From Myxococcota bacterium (lineage in GTDB: Bacteria > Myxococcota > JACRCW01), in the NCBI GenBank assembly GCA_040752415.1, contig JBFMGU010000143.1:1-27398 (forward strand): DNA of 27,398 bases. Direction: 5' to 3'. Positions within the stretch are counted from its first letter, which is position 1; each line of letters begins with the position of its first letter. This document shows positions 7,929 through 18,173 of this stretch, in pieces. The notes below the pieces were generated by a model. The model searched no databases. It worked only from the letters and a program-made list of their open reading frames with translations, and was not told the origin of the DNA. The position numbers and the translations under genes are program-made.

Positions 7929-9139
7929 ATGACGCCCATTCGTGCGGCGGCTGTGTCTGGGGTTCTCGTCGTGGGTTTGGCGAATTGCACCAGCACCCCT
8001 GCCGGCGGTCCGCCAGATTCCGGGTCTCCGACGAGCGGCACGGCAGATCGTGACCGGTTTGTGACCGCCTATGAAGCGTTTCTGATCTGCGAGCGGGCCA
8101 ATGAAGATCAGTCCTTCCTCGGTCGTGTAGAGCCCCAGGCGCGCTCGTCATCCGCCCACGACGACGCGGAGGCATTCGCCGACCTCGTCTTTAACGCCCC
8201 CTTCCGTGAGCGTGTCCGCGGACGCCTTGGCCCAGTGCCTCGCGGCGTTGGAGCACGCCTCCATTCCGTGCCAAGGCGACCCGGATGACTTCAGTGCTAT
8301 CTGCGGCGCCGCTTTCGTCGGTCAACTCTCACCTGGCTCGCCCTGCGCTGCTGCGCTCCAGTGTGCTGGGGGCTTTTGTGCGGCCCGGGACGGTGGCTGC
8401 GGAGTCTGCACGCGCTACGCCGCGACTGGCGAGGCCTGCCTGGAAGCTCAGTGTGACAAGGGCAGCGGGCTCTATTGCGACCGCACGACGTACACCTGTC
8501 GCCAGATAGCCGAGCAAGGACAGACGTGCGTCGACGGGGCGGTGACTCTTCGGTGCGATGATTCGAGCTGGTGCGACTCGGTTTCGGGTCTGTGCCAGCC
8601 ACGACGAGGAGAAAGCGAGGCCTGCGCGGCGGCGGCGGAATGCGCCGAAGGGCTGCGATGTGCCTCCGGTACGTGCGCACGGAGGAAAGCGGCGGGCGAC
8701 ACATGCAACGTCGCGGCGGTGGACGAGTGCTCCGTGACGGAGAGCGGCATGGTGTGCGAGTACAGTGCTGACGGTGGCCATTGTTCTCTTGCAGAGGTTG
8801 TCGACGAGGGCGAGCCGTGCAATGCGGTCGGATCATTCGACTACACCGCGACACTCTGGTGCGAACACGGATTGACCACGCACTACTGCCGCTTGGCTGA
8901 CGGCGGCGGTCGCGAGGGCGTGTGCTCGCGTCGCCCAGGTCCAGGAGAGGCATGCTCCCGGATCTCTGCGCCGTGCGACGGACTGCCGTGAGGGGGAGGC
9001 GGGGTTCGTTTGCAGCACGTGGCCCGGACGCGGTGAGCCGTGCCAGTCGCGTTGTGCCGACGGCCTCCGTTGCGCGGCAAGCCAGGATGGTGGCCGCACC
9101 TGTCGGCCTCAGGCACCGCCGATCATCTGCGAGATGTGA
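7929..9139 (+). pseudogene. Cys-rich repeat lipoprotein (GExC...C..GL.C repeats) with two frameshifts (about 8197-8201 and about 8980)
   Basis: Lipobox VGLANC. Removing one C of CCCCC joins it to ORF 8206..8991. The same repeat resumes in another frame at 8981 (DCREGEAGFVCSTWPGRGEPCQSRCADGLRC...ICEM, stop 9139). Confidence 0.7.
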
Positions 9140-9147
9140 CCCTGTGT

Positions 9148-9426
9148 TCAACCGGGCCGCGTAAGCAGAGCGGAGAGGGCCTGCCGCACGTCGTGCAGTA
9201 TCTTCAGCGCAGCGCCCGCGTCTCCGGAAACGAGCGCCAGCATGGCGCCCTGAACCATGTTGCTGACATTGCTGACACGCTGATCGCGAACATCCGCGTC
9301 CGTTTGTGAGGGTTCGCGGTCGGCGCCCACTTTCTCCGCGTCATTCTGCGGAGTTTTCGCTATCGGTGCTTGTGGTTCCATGAGCGTCCCGTCGCTTCCG
9401 GCGCCTTCGATTCCCGCTGGGATCAC
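9148..9426 (-). other. Putative detached C-terminal segment of an integrase gene split by integration
   Basis: Frame reads VIPAGIE across the att core and stays open for 85 more residues, ending in an amphipathic helix; its stop converges 8 bp from the cargo gene stop at 9139. No catalytic motif is present, so the integrase link is inference. Confidence 0.5.
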
Positions 9427-9428
9427 CA
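9406..9428 (+). other. Attachment-site core: 3' fragment of a tRNA (probably tRNA-Glu, Arg possible)
   Basis: TTCGATT (T-loop) CCCGC (T-stem 3' strand) TGGGATC (acceptor 3' strand) A CCA. Upstream bases do not supply the matching GCGGG T-stem strand or a 5' tRNA half. Confidence 0.85.
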
Positions 9429-9438
9429 AACGTTGTAC

Positions 9439-9475
9439 GCGGGCATCCGGGAAACCGGGTGCCCGCTTTTTTTTT
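9439..9475 (+). terminator. Rho-independent terminator, likely that of the target tRNA gene
   Basis: 12-bp stem GCGGGCATCCGG / CCGGGTGCCCGC (one G-U pair), GAAA loop, followed by 9 T; starts 10 bp after the CCA. Confidence 0.92.
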
Positions 9476-9611
9476 GCCCCGAGTTCCAGCGTCGTCGGGC
9501 ACCACGCAGATCCTGCGGTTGGACCGTGGACGCGTGGGTGCTTTGGCGCTAGCTCTGCCGCCCCAACCTTTCCGCCGGAGCACAACCGGCGACGTCACCA
9601 AGGAGCGGCAC

Positions 9612-10124
<513 letters not shown>

Positions 10125-10431
10125 GTTGCCCGGAGCCCCGACCCCGAAAAGCGATGGCACCGCTTGACGTCGTCGGGGCCTTCCGCGTGTTCCCGCCGCG
10201 AATCCTGTCGGTAGCGCCATCGACGTCGCGGAACGACACGCCCCAATCTCCAGCCACGCTCCTCGTCGTCACCAAGGCGGAGCCCCGCCGACGTGAACGC
10301 AGCGCGGGTGGAAATCGAGGGCGGGGCTTGGTGCCTTTCCAGGTGCAGCCTCGGCTGCCGCCAGGCTAATTCCGCCACGACGACGTCAGGTGCGCACTCC
10401 ACCGCCGCGCGCCTCGCCCCAGGGTCCCACC

Positions 10432-11106
10432 ATGCGCCGCATCACCATCCGCGTCCTCGAGGATCGCACCCGCACCACGCCCAGCGACCAGGGTTTCCTC
10501 AAGGTCCGCCGCCTGCTCCTGCGCAACCACTACGACGACGGCACCGAGAGCGCGCCCTACGCGTACGACGTGGTGGACCGCACCGCCCTGGACGCGGTGG
10601 CCATGGTCCTGCACGCCGACAACCCCGACAACCCGCGTGATCCGCTGGTGTTGATGCGCACCGCGCTGCGTCCGCCGGTGGGCCTGCGCGTGGGCCGTGA
10701 CCTGCCCCTCCCCGACACGCGCGAGCACGCGCAGATCTGGGAGCTGCCCGCCGGCATCATTGAGCTGGGTGAGCACGGCGTGGACGGCATCCTGCGCTGC
10801 GCCGCGCGCGAGACCCACGAGGAGACGGGCTACCACCTCGACGTCACCGCGTTCCAGATGCTGGGACCGCCGGTGTTCCTCACGCCGGGGTTGTGCGCGG
10901 AGAAGGTGTACTTCGCGCAGGCGCGCATCCCGGACCGCGACGCCGTGGGCCACGCCGCGCTCGACGGGAGCCCGGTGGAGGAATCCGCCACCGTCGAGTT
11001 CTGGCCGTTGTCGGTGTGTCTGCAGCGCACGCGCACCGGTGAGCTGGAGGACGCCAAGACGGAGGTGGGCCTGCACCGGCTGGCGGCGACGCTCGCGCGC
11101 GCCTGA
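10432..11106 (+). CDS. Nudix hydrolase (ADP-ribose pyrophosphatase-like)
   Basis: WELPAGIIELGE...AARETHEETGY Nudix box with a short insertion, plus TPG and EDAKT motifs. Confidence 0.85.
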   Translation: MRRITIRVLEDRTRTTPSDQGFLKVRRLLLRNHYDDGTESAPYAYDVVDRTALDAVAMVLHADNPDNPRDPLVLMRTALRPPVGLRVGRDLPLPDTREHAQIWELPAGIIELGEHGVDGILRCAARETHEETGYHLDVTAFQMLGPPVFLTPGLCAEKVYFAQARIPDRDAVGHAALDGSPVEESATVEFWPLSVCLQRTRTGELEDAKTEVGLHRLAATLARA

Positions 11107-11115
11107 CGACGGAGC

Positions 11116-11997
11116 TCAGCCCTTCCCGCCGTCGGAGCCGCCGCCGGGCATGGGCGCTTCCGCGGTGGTGTCCACGTCCTCCACCGCATCCAGGTCGCCC
11201 AGCTCCACTTCTTCTATCACCGCTTCAATGTAGCCCTGCTCCGCCAACTGCCAGAGCGCGCGACACGTCTCGTATTCACCGAGATAGCTGCGATCCACGA
11301 TGCGCTGCACGGTGATGCCGGGGCGGATGAGCGCGTACACCAGGTGCTCATTGGGACCCAGGCGGGGCTTGCTTCCACCCCCACCCTCTCCGTCGACGTC
11401 ACCGAAGGAGAAATCATCCTCCGCGGGCTCCTCCGGCGGCGGCGCCTCCGCTTCCAGCTCCTTCACCACGCGGAACGTGTGCTCATTGCTGGGCACCACC
11501 TTGCGGATGGCGGGCCAATCCCCAGCGCGACGCACACCCTCCATCAACGCCTGGTCCCACCGGATGCCACGCCCCAGGTCCGGGTCGGGCATGGTGCGCA
11601 CGTCCGGGACGAACTCGTAGGTCCCGCGACGCCACAGGAACGCGTTGTACAGCGTCTCGGTGGTCTGCAGGCGCGTGAACTCCTTGAGGGTGGGCGCGGA
11701 GATGTAGCTGCCCTCCACCAGCACCTCGCCCAGGCGTCGACGCGTGCGCCGCTGCACCGCCAGCGCATCCGTCAGCATTTCCCGTGAGATGAGGCCGGCG
11801 CGGACCAGGAGCTCGCCCAGGCGGTGGCGCGGGTCGCGGCTCATGTCCTCCACGCGCACCACGTTCCCGTTCTGGAACCAGATGTCCACCGCGGCGCGTT
11901 GGCTGCGCAGCTTCAGCAGGCCCGTCTTGTTTCCCTGGCCCATGAGCTGGAAGACGTCCGCACAGCCCAGCCCCGCCAGTATGCCTTTCAGCGCCAT
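11116..11997 (-). CDS. DUF4388 (PATAN-like) domain protein with MshEN/GSPII-N-like segment
   Basis: MALKGILAGLGCADVFQLMGQGNKTGLL N-terminus; RLGELLVRAGLIS...ALAVQRRTRRRLGEVLVEG. Confidence 0.8.
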   Translation of the reverse strand: MALKGILAGLGCADVFQLMGQGNKTGLLKLRSQRAAVDIWFQNGNVVRVEDMSRDPRHRLGELLVRAGLISREMLTDALAVQRRTRRRLGEVLVEGSYISAPTLKEFTRLQTTETLYNAFLWRRGTYEFVPDVRTMPDPDLGRGIRWDQALMEGVRRAGDWPAIRKVVPSNEHTFRVVKELEAEAPPPEEPAEDDFSFGDVDGEGGGGSKPRLGPNEHLVYALIRPGITVQRIVDRSYLGEYETCRALWQLAEQGYIEAVIEEVELGDLDAVEDVDTTAEAPMPGGGSDGGKG

Positions 11998-12042
11998 GGA
12001 CCGAGCCTCCCGCCAGCCTGCCGCGAGGCTACCACGCCAGGC

Positions 12043-13064
12043 TCAGCGGACCTCCCAGGTTTCTCCGCCGCGCAGCAGCTTGGCCAGATCACCCTTGCCG
12101 CGTTTGGCCTGCACCGCCTTGATCTGCTCATTCATGTCCTGCTCGAACACCGGCGCGTCCACCGCGCGAAGCACGCCGATGGGGGTGGGGAAGCCCGGGC
12201 GCCCGTCCATGCGGCTTAGCAGGAACGCATAGGCCGGATTCGGGTGCTTCTCGTCGTGGACGATGAGGTCCTTCTCGGTGATGCCGTTGCCCAGCGTCAC
12301 CACCTCCAGGTCCAGCCCGTTCATCCGGATGCCCTTGTCCTTCTTCTTGCCGAAGACGAGGGGCTGGCCGTGCTCCACGGCAATGGTGTTCTCGTCCTTG
12401 AACTCCTTGTCGGTGAGGCGGTCCCAGGCGCCGTCGTTGAAGATGTTGCAGTTCTGCAGGATCTCCACGAACGCCGTGCCCTTGTGGGCCGCCATCTTCT
12501 TCAGCACCGACTTCAGGTGCGGCTGGAACACGTCCACGGAGCGCGCCACGAAGGTGCCCTCCGCGCCAAGCGCCACGCTGAGCGGATTGAACGGGCGGTC
12601 CACCGAGCCGAACGGCGTGCTCTTGGCCTTCTTCCCCACTTCGCTCGTCGGGGAGTACTGGCCCTTGGTGAGGCCGTAGATGCGGTTGTTGAACATCATC
12701 ACCTTGATGCCAACATTCCGACGCAGCAGGTGGATGAAGTGGTTGCCGCCAATGGACAGCGCGTCTCCGTCGCCGGTGGCCATCCAGACCTCCAGCTCGG
12801 GGCGGGAGACCTTGAGGCCCGTGGCAATGGCCGGCGCGCGACCATGGATGGTGTGGAACCCGTAGGTGTTCATGTAATACGGGAACCGGCTGGAGCACCC
12901 GATGCCGCTGACGACGACGAAGTTCTCCTTGCGGATGCCCAGCTCCGGGAACACGGACTGGACCGCGTTGAGGATGGCGTAGTCGCCACACCCGGGACAC
13001 CAGCGGACTTCCTGGTCGGTCTGGAAGTCCTTCTTGTTGTAGACGGGAAGCGCGGTGGCGGCGG

Positions 13065-13068
<4 letters not shown>
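12043..13068 (-). CDS. korB: 2-oxoacid:ferredoxin oxidoreductase beta subunit
   Basis: WCPGCGD, SGIGCSSRFPYY, HGRAPAIATG, TPP motif GDGDALSIGGNH...NN, YGLTKGQYSPT. Confidence 0.95.
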
Positions 13069-14930
<1,862 letters not shown>

Positions 14931-15095
14931 GGCGCCCCTTTGAACCGTTTCGTCGTGAGCGTCAAGCACGGGCGGGCGGGTTCTCGCGCCCCGGTCACAG
15001 CCTTCGCTGTCTCCGCTGCCGATCCGGCACGCTGAAGCGCTCCCGCCGGCATGCTACGAGTGCGGCTGACGCACGGGCCGCCCGGGAGGAAAAAG

Positions 15096-16070
15096 ATGCG
15101 CACAACGTGGATGGTGCCGACCATGGTGGCGCTGCTGACGGGATGCCCGACGGGCTGTCCCGTCCCCGGCTTCACCGGCATCACCAAGGAGTGCGGCGCG
15201 CCCCAGGCCGGAGCCGTCCCGCGCCCCGACGGTGGCGACGTGCAGTGCACGCGCATCAACGAGCTGCGTCGTCAGTGTGAGGAGCAGTTCACGCAGAGCG
15301 GAGCGGCGGACATCATCTTCGTCATCGACAACTCCGGGTCGATGGACATGGAGCTGAAGGGCATCAAGGAGAACATCAACCGCTTCGCTCAGGACATTGG
15401 CAACAGCGGGCTGGACTTCCACATCGTGATGCTCACGAAGAAGGGCACGGACGCGTACTCCATCTGCGTGCCCGAGCCGTTGGCCGGTCCGAGCTGCGGG
15501 GACCATCCCGGGAAGTTCCATCACGAAGACGTGCAGGTGGAATCCACCGACGGGCCCGATCTCCTCTTGGGCAACTTCCCGAACTTTGCCTTCACCTGGA
15601 TTCGCCCGGACGCCAAACACAACGTCATCTTCGTCACCGACGACAATTCCGCGCTGAGGGCCTCCGACTTCCTGCGTCAGGCTTCGGCGCTTTCGGGGCT
15701 CGACGACGCCACCTATCACGGCATCATTGGCCTCAACGCCAACGACTGCCCGGACATCGCTTCCGTCGGGCAGGAGTACATTGCCTTGGCCAACCAGACC
15801 GGCGGGCAGCTCATCCACATCTGCTGCAACGACTACGGCCAGCTGCTCAGCGACATCGCGCTTGGCATCGCGTCGGCGGCGCTAAGCTTCCCGCTGGCCC
15901 TCCAAGCCGTCGAGTCATCCATCCACGTCTTCGTCGAGGACGCCTCGGGTCGCACGGAGTGGTTCCGGCCCTCCTGGCGCTACGACGCGACGAACAACTC
16001 CATCACCTTCGACGCGTCGTCGCAGCCTGCAACTGGCGCCATCATCACCGTGGAATACGTGACGGACTGA
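15096..16070 (+). CDS. vWA-domain lipoprotein (myxobacterial type)
   Basis: Lipobox LLTGC, MIDAS motif DIIFVIDNSGSM, IFVTDD, YIALANQTGG; GGGAGG RBS before ATG 15096. Confidence 0.85.
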   Translation: MRTTWMVPTMVALLTGCPTGCPVPGFTGITKECGAPQAGAVPRPDGGDVQCTRINELRRQCEEQFTQSGAADIIFVIDNSGSMDMELKGIKENINRFAQDIGNSGLDFHIVMLTKKGTDAYSICVPEPLAGPSCGDHPGKFHHEDVQVESTDGPDLLLGNFPNFAFTWIRPDAKHNVIFVTDDNSALRASDFLRQASALSGLDDATYHGIIGLNANDCPDIASVGQEYIALANQTGGQLIHICCNDYGQLLSDIALGIASAALSFPLALQAVESSIHVFVEDASGRTEWFRPSWRYDATNNSITFDASSQPATGAIITVEYVTD

Positions 16071-16213
16071 GCTTCCCCGCCACGACGTCGTGGGAAGCCC
16101 CAAGGCCTACATCCGCTCACCCACCATTCATCCGCCGAATGACGGAGGAACTCCTTGCCCCGTAAGCCGATGGACTACATGCTTCGTCCTCGTAGCCACC
16201 GCCTGAGGGATCC

Positions 16214-17374
16214 ATGACCACCGTCACCAGCCGCCCGCGCCCGTCCACCACGCAGCAGACCCAGCAGACGCAGCAAACCCAGCAGACGCAGCAAACCCAG
16301 CAGACGCAGCAGCCCCAGACGCAGACGCAGCCCGCCGCGGCAGAGACCGCTGAGCGGCAGCCCGCGTCGCGCCAGACCCAGGCCGGTTCCCGTCAGGCGG
16401 CCGCGGCGCGTGAGTCCACCGTGAGCCAGCGGCTCTCCGGCGCGTACGTCCCGGCCCCCTCGCTGGACCAGGTGCGCGCGGGCACGGCGAAGATCGGTCG
16501 TGGTCACCAGGGTGAGAGCGTGGCGGATCTGCAGCGTCGCCTGAACGCCAACGGCGCCAATCCTCCGCTGGACACCGACGGCAAGTTCGGTCCCAAGACC
16601 CAGGCCGCCCTGCAGCAGTACCAGCGCAGCCGTGACATCTCCGACACCGGCGTGCTGGGTCAGCAGACGCTGGGCGCGCTGGACCAGAACCGCCCCGCCG
16701 TGCAGAACCAGCCGCAGGCGCCCGACCCCACGCCGGCCAACAACGGCAACGAGCCGGCGCGCACCAACAACACGCAAGCCGTCGACACCTCGCGCATGTC
16801 GGAGGCGCAGAAGTACGACCACTACCGCAGCCTCATCGAGCAGAACGGCGGCCGTTTCCGCAGCGGTCCCAATGAGCGGAACATCCTGTCCATGCGCAAT
16901 GAGACCAGCACCAAGGCCAACGGCGGCCAGGGCGTCTACGACGATCGGACCGTGATGCTGTGGACCGACCGCAACGGCCAGAAGCACGTGCGCGAGTACC
17001 GCTCCAACACCGAGCCCTCGGCCCGTTACGAGGGGCGCTACGGTGAGGACGTGAACCGCGACGGCCGCCTGGACCTGGGCCGCATGCGCACCGGCTACTA
17101 CGAGTACCGCACCGGCACCTCCAGCTCGCTGGGCAACGTGCTCCGCCCCACGCAGAACATGACCGTGGACCGCGACACCAACCACGACGGCCGCTTCAAC
17201 GACGGCGCCAGTGGCAACGCGGGTCAGTCCATGCTGTTCCACATGGGCGGCAACAGCATGACGGGCAGCGCGGGCTGCCAGACCATGTCTCCCGCCGAGT
17301 ACAACCGCTTCTGGCGCGACCTCAACAGCAACGGCAACCCCGGCACCATCGGCTACACGCTGATCAACGCGTGA
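16214..17374 (+). CDS. Peptidoglycan-binding domain protein with Q/T-rich N-terminus and a putative His/Cys catalytic C-terminal domain
   Basis: GHQGESVADLQRRLN...LDTDGKFGPKTQAALQQYQ...DTGVLGQQTLGAL (PG_binding_1 pattern); C-terminal LFHMGGNSMTGSAGCQT; GAGGGA RBS. Confidence 0.85.
   Translation: MTTVTSRPRPSTTQQTQQTQQTQQTQQTQQTQQPQTQTQPAAAETAERQPASRQTQAGSRQAAAARESTVSQRLSGAYVPAPSLDQVRAGTAKIGRGHQGESVADLQRRLNANGANPPLDTDGKFGPKTQAALQQYQRSRDISDTGVLGQQTLGALDQNRPAVQNQPQAPDPTPANNGNEPARTNNTQAVDTSRMSEAQKYDHYRSLIEQNGGRFRSGPNERNILSMRNETSTKANGGQGVYDDRTVMLWTDRNGQKHVREYRSNTEPSARYEGRYGEDVNRDGRLDLGRMRTGYYEYRTGTSSSLGNVLRPTQNMTVDRDTNHDGRFNDGASGNAGQSMLFHMGGNSMTGSAGCQTMSPAEYNRFWRDLNSNGNPGTIGYTLINA
16253..16315 (+). 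repeat. Coding 9-bp tandem repeat (CAGCARACS x6 plus CAGCAGCCC) encoding (QQT)6-QQP
   Basis: Units read directly at 16253, 16262, 16271, 16280, 16289, 16298 and 16307. Confidence 0.9.
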
Positions 17375-17413
17375 GCCTCCGCGCGGGGCGGCCGCGCCCG
17401 GTGATCACCTTCA

Positions 17414-18058
17414 TCACCGACGACGTCGCCCCGGCTCCTCCTTGTTGATGCACTTGCCCTTGAGGCTGGCCGGCTCCGGCCCCGCCTCCTGCATGTCATC
17501 CCCCAGCCACGTCATGTCGCCCTTCTTGGTGACGCGGACCAGGCGCCAGTAGCGCGGGTGCTTGCAGCCATCCTTCTGGGTGTACAGGAACCAGATGAAC
17601 GCAGCGTCGTCCTGCACCAGCACGGTGTGGAACTGCTCGACGATGATGAGGCTCCCGCTGTGCGCCAGGGCCCGGAGCGCCGCGCGCTTCCCGTTCCACT
17701 TCTTGGCGAAGAACTGCGAGTATTCCTCGTCCTCGCCAATGTACATGTTCCCGTCCGCGCTCCCGGCCAGGAAGCACGTGGTGGTGTACGCGTAGTTGCC
17801 GCGGCTGTACTCCGTGATGTGTCGACACGGCTCCAGCTTGACGCCCAGCTCCTTCATGAGGTCCGCGGGCGTCGTGGGGAGCGCGCCCCAGCCCTTCACC
17901 TCCATGGCCGCCTTCATGGCCGTCTTGACCTCGGGGCCGGTGTCCGGCGCGGGGAAGACGTCCTTCATCTGCGTGGGCGGGTTGGGTCGCGTGAGCTGGT
18001 CCGCCAGCAACGTGACCGTGAACAGGAGGGCCGTGGACAACGGGAGGATGGCGCGCAT
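17414..18058 (-). CDS. Hypothetical secreted protein
   Basis: Signal-like MRAILPLSTALLFTVTLLA from ATG 18058 and host-like codon usage. The longer ORF start (18682) is the antisense shadow of the neighbouring Ser-rich gene. Confidence 0.75.
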   Translation of the reverse strand: MRAILPLSTALLFTVTLLADQLTRPNPPTQMKDVFPAPDTGPEVKTAMKAAMEVKGWGALPTTPADLMKELGVKLEPCRHITEYSRGNYAYTTTCFLAGSADGNMYIGEDEEYSQFFAKKWNGKRAALRALAHSGSLIIVEQFHTVLVQDDAAFIWFLYTQKDGCKHPRYWRLVRVTKKGDMTWLGDDMQEAGPEPASLKGKCINKEEPGRRRR

Positions 18059-18173
18059 GGCGCCCATTGAAGACCGCGCCCCGCGCGGAGCGCAACCCTG
18101 GCAAATGCGGGTGGGCCTATGTAGCGTCGGAGCCGCTTGCCGCTGCAGCAACGCAGCCTGGAGCCTTGGACTG

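Larger units (their letters stand above)
1..9428. mobile_element. Right arm of a tRNA-integrated element (prophage/virus-like or genomic island); left end is outside the window
   Basis: Bounded by a tRNA 3'-end fragment at 9406-9428. Left of it are only hypothetical, regulatory and frameshifted accessory genes with visibly more A/T-ending codons. Right of it intact housekeeping genes begin (tpx at 9612). Confidence 0.8.

Noticed and set aside
4640..8990. Programmed ribosomal frameshifting as the cause of the split cargo genes
   Set aside because: No X XXY YYZ slippery heptamer seen at the inferred junctions, and the shifts go in both directions.
9355..9428. Complete tRNA gene
   Set aside because: Only the T-loop to CCA is tRNA-like. 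Upstream has no matching acceptor 5' strand, D-arm or anticodon arm, so it is treated as an att fragment.
9429..9611. N-terminal extensions of ORFs 9148..9585 (-) and 9459..10124 (+)
   Set aside because: They run through the terminator hairpin and T-tract; tpx has a good RBS at 9612.
10125..10431. Possible ncRNA or small gene between tpx and the Nudix gene
   Set aside because: Only imperfect GC-rich pairing; no recognisable RNA family, RBS-supported ORF or terminator.
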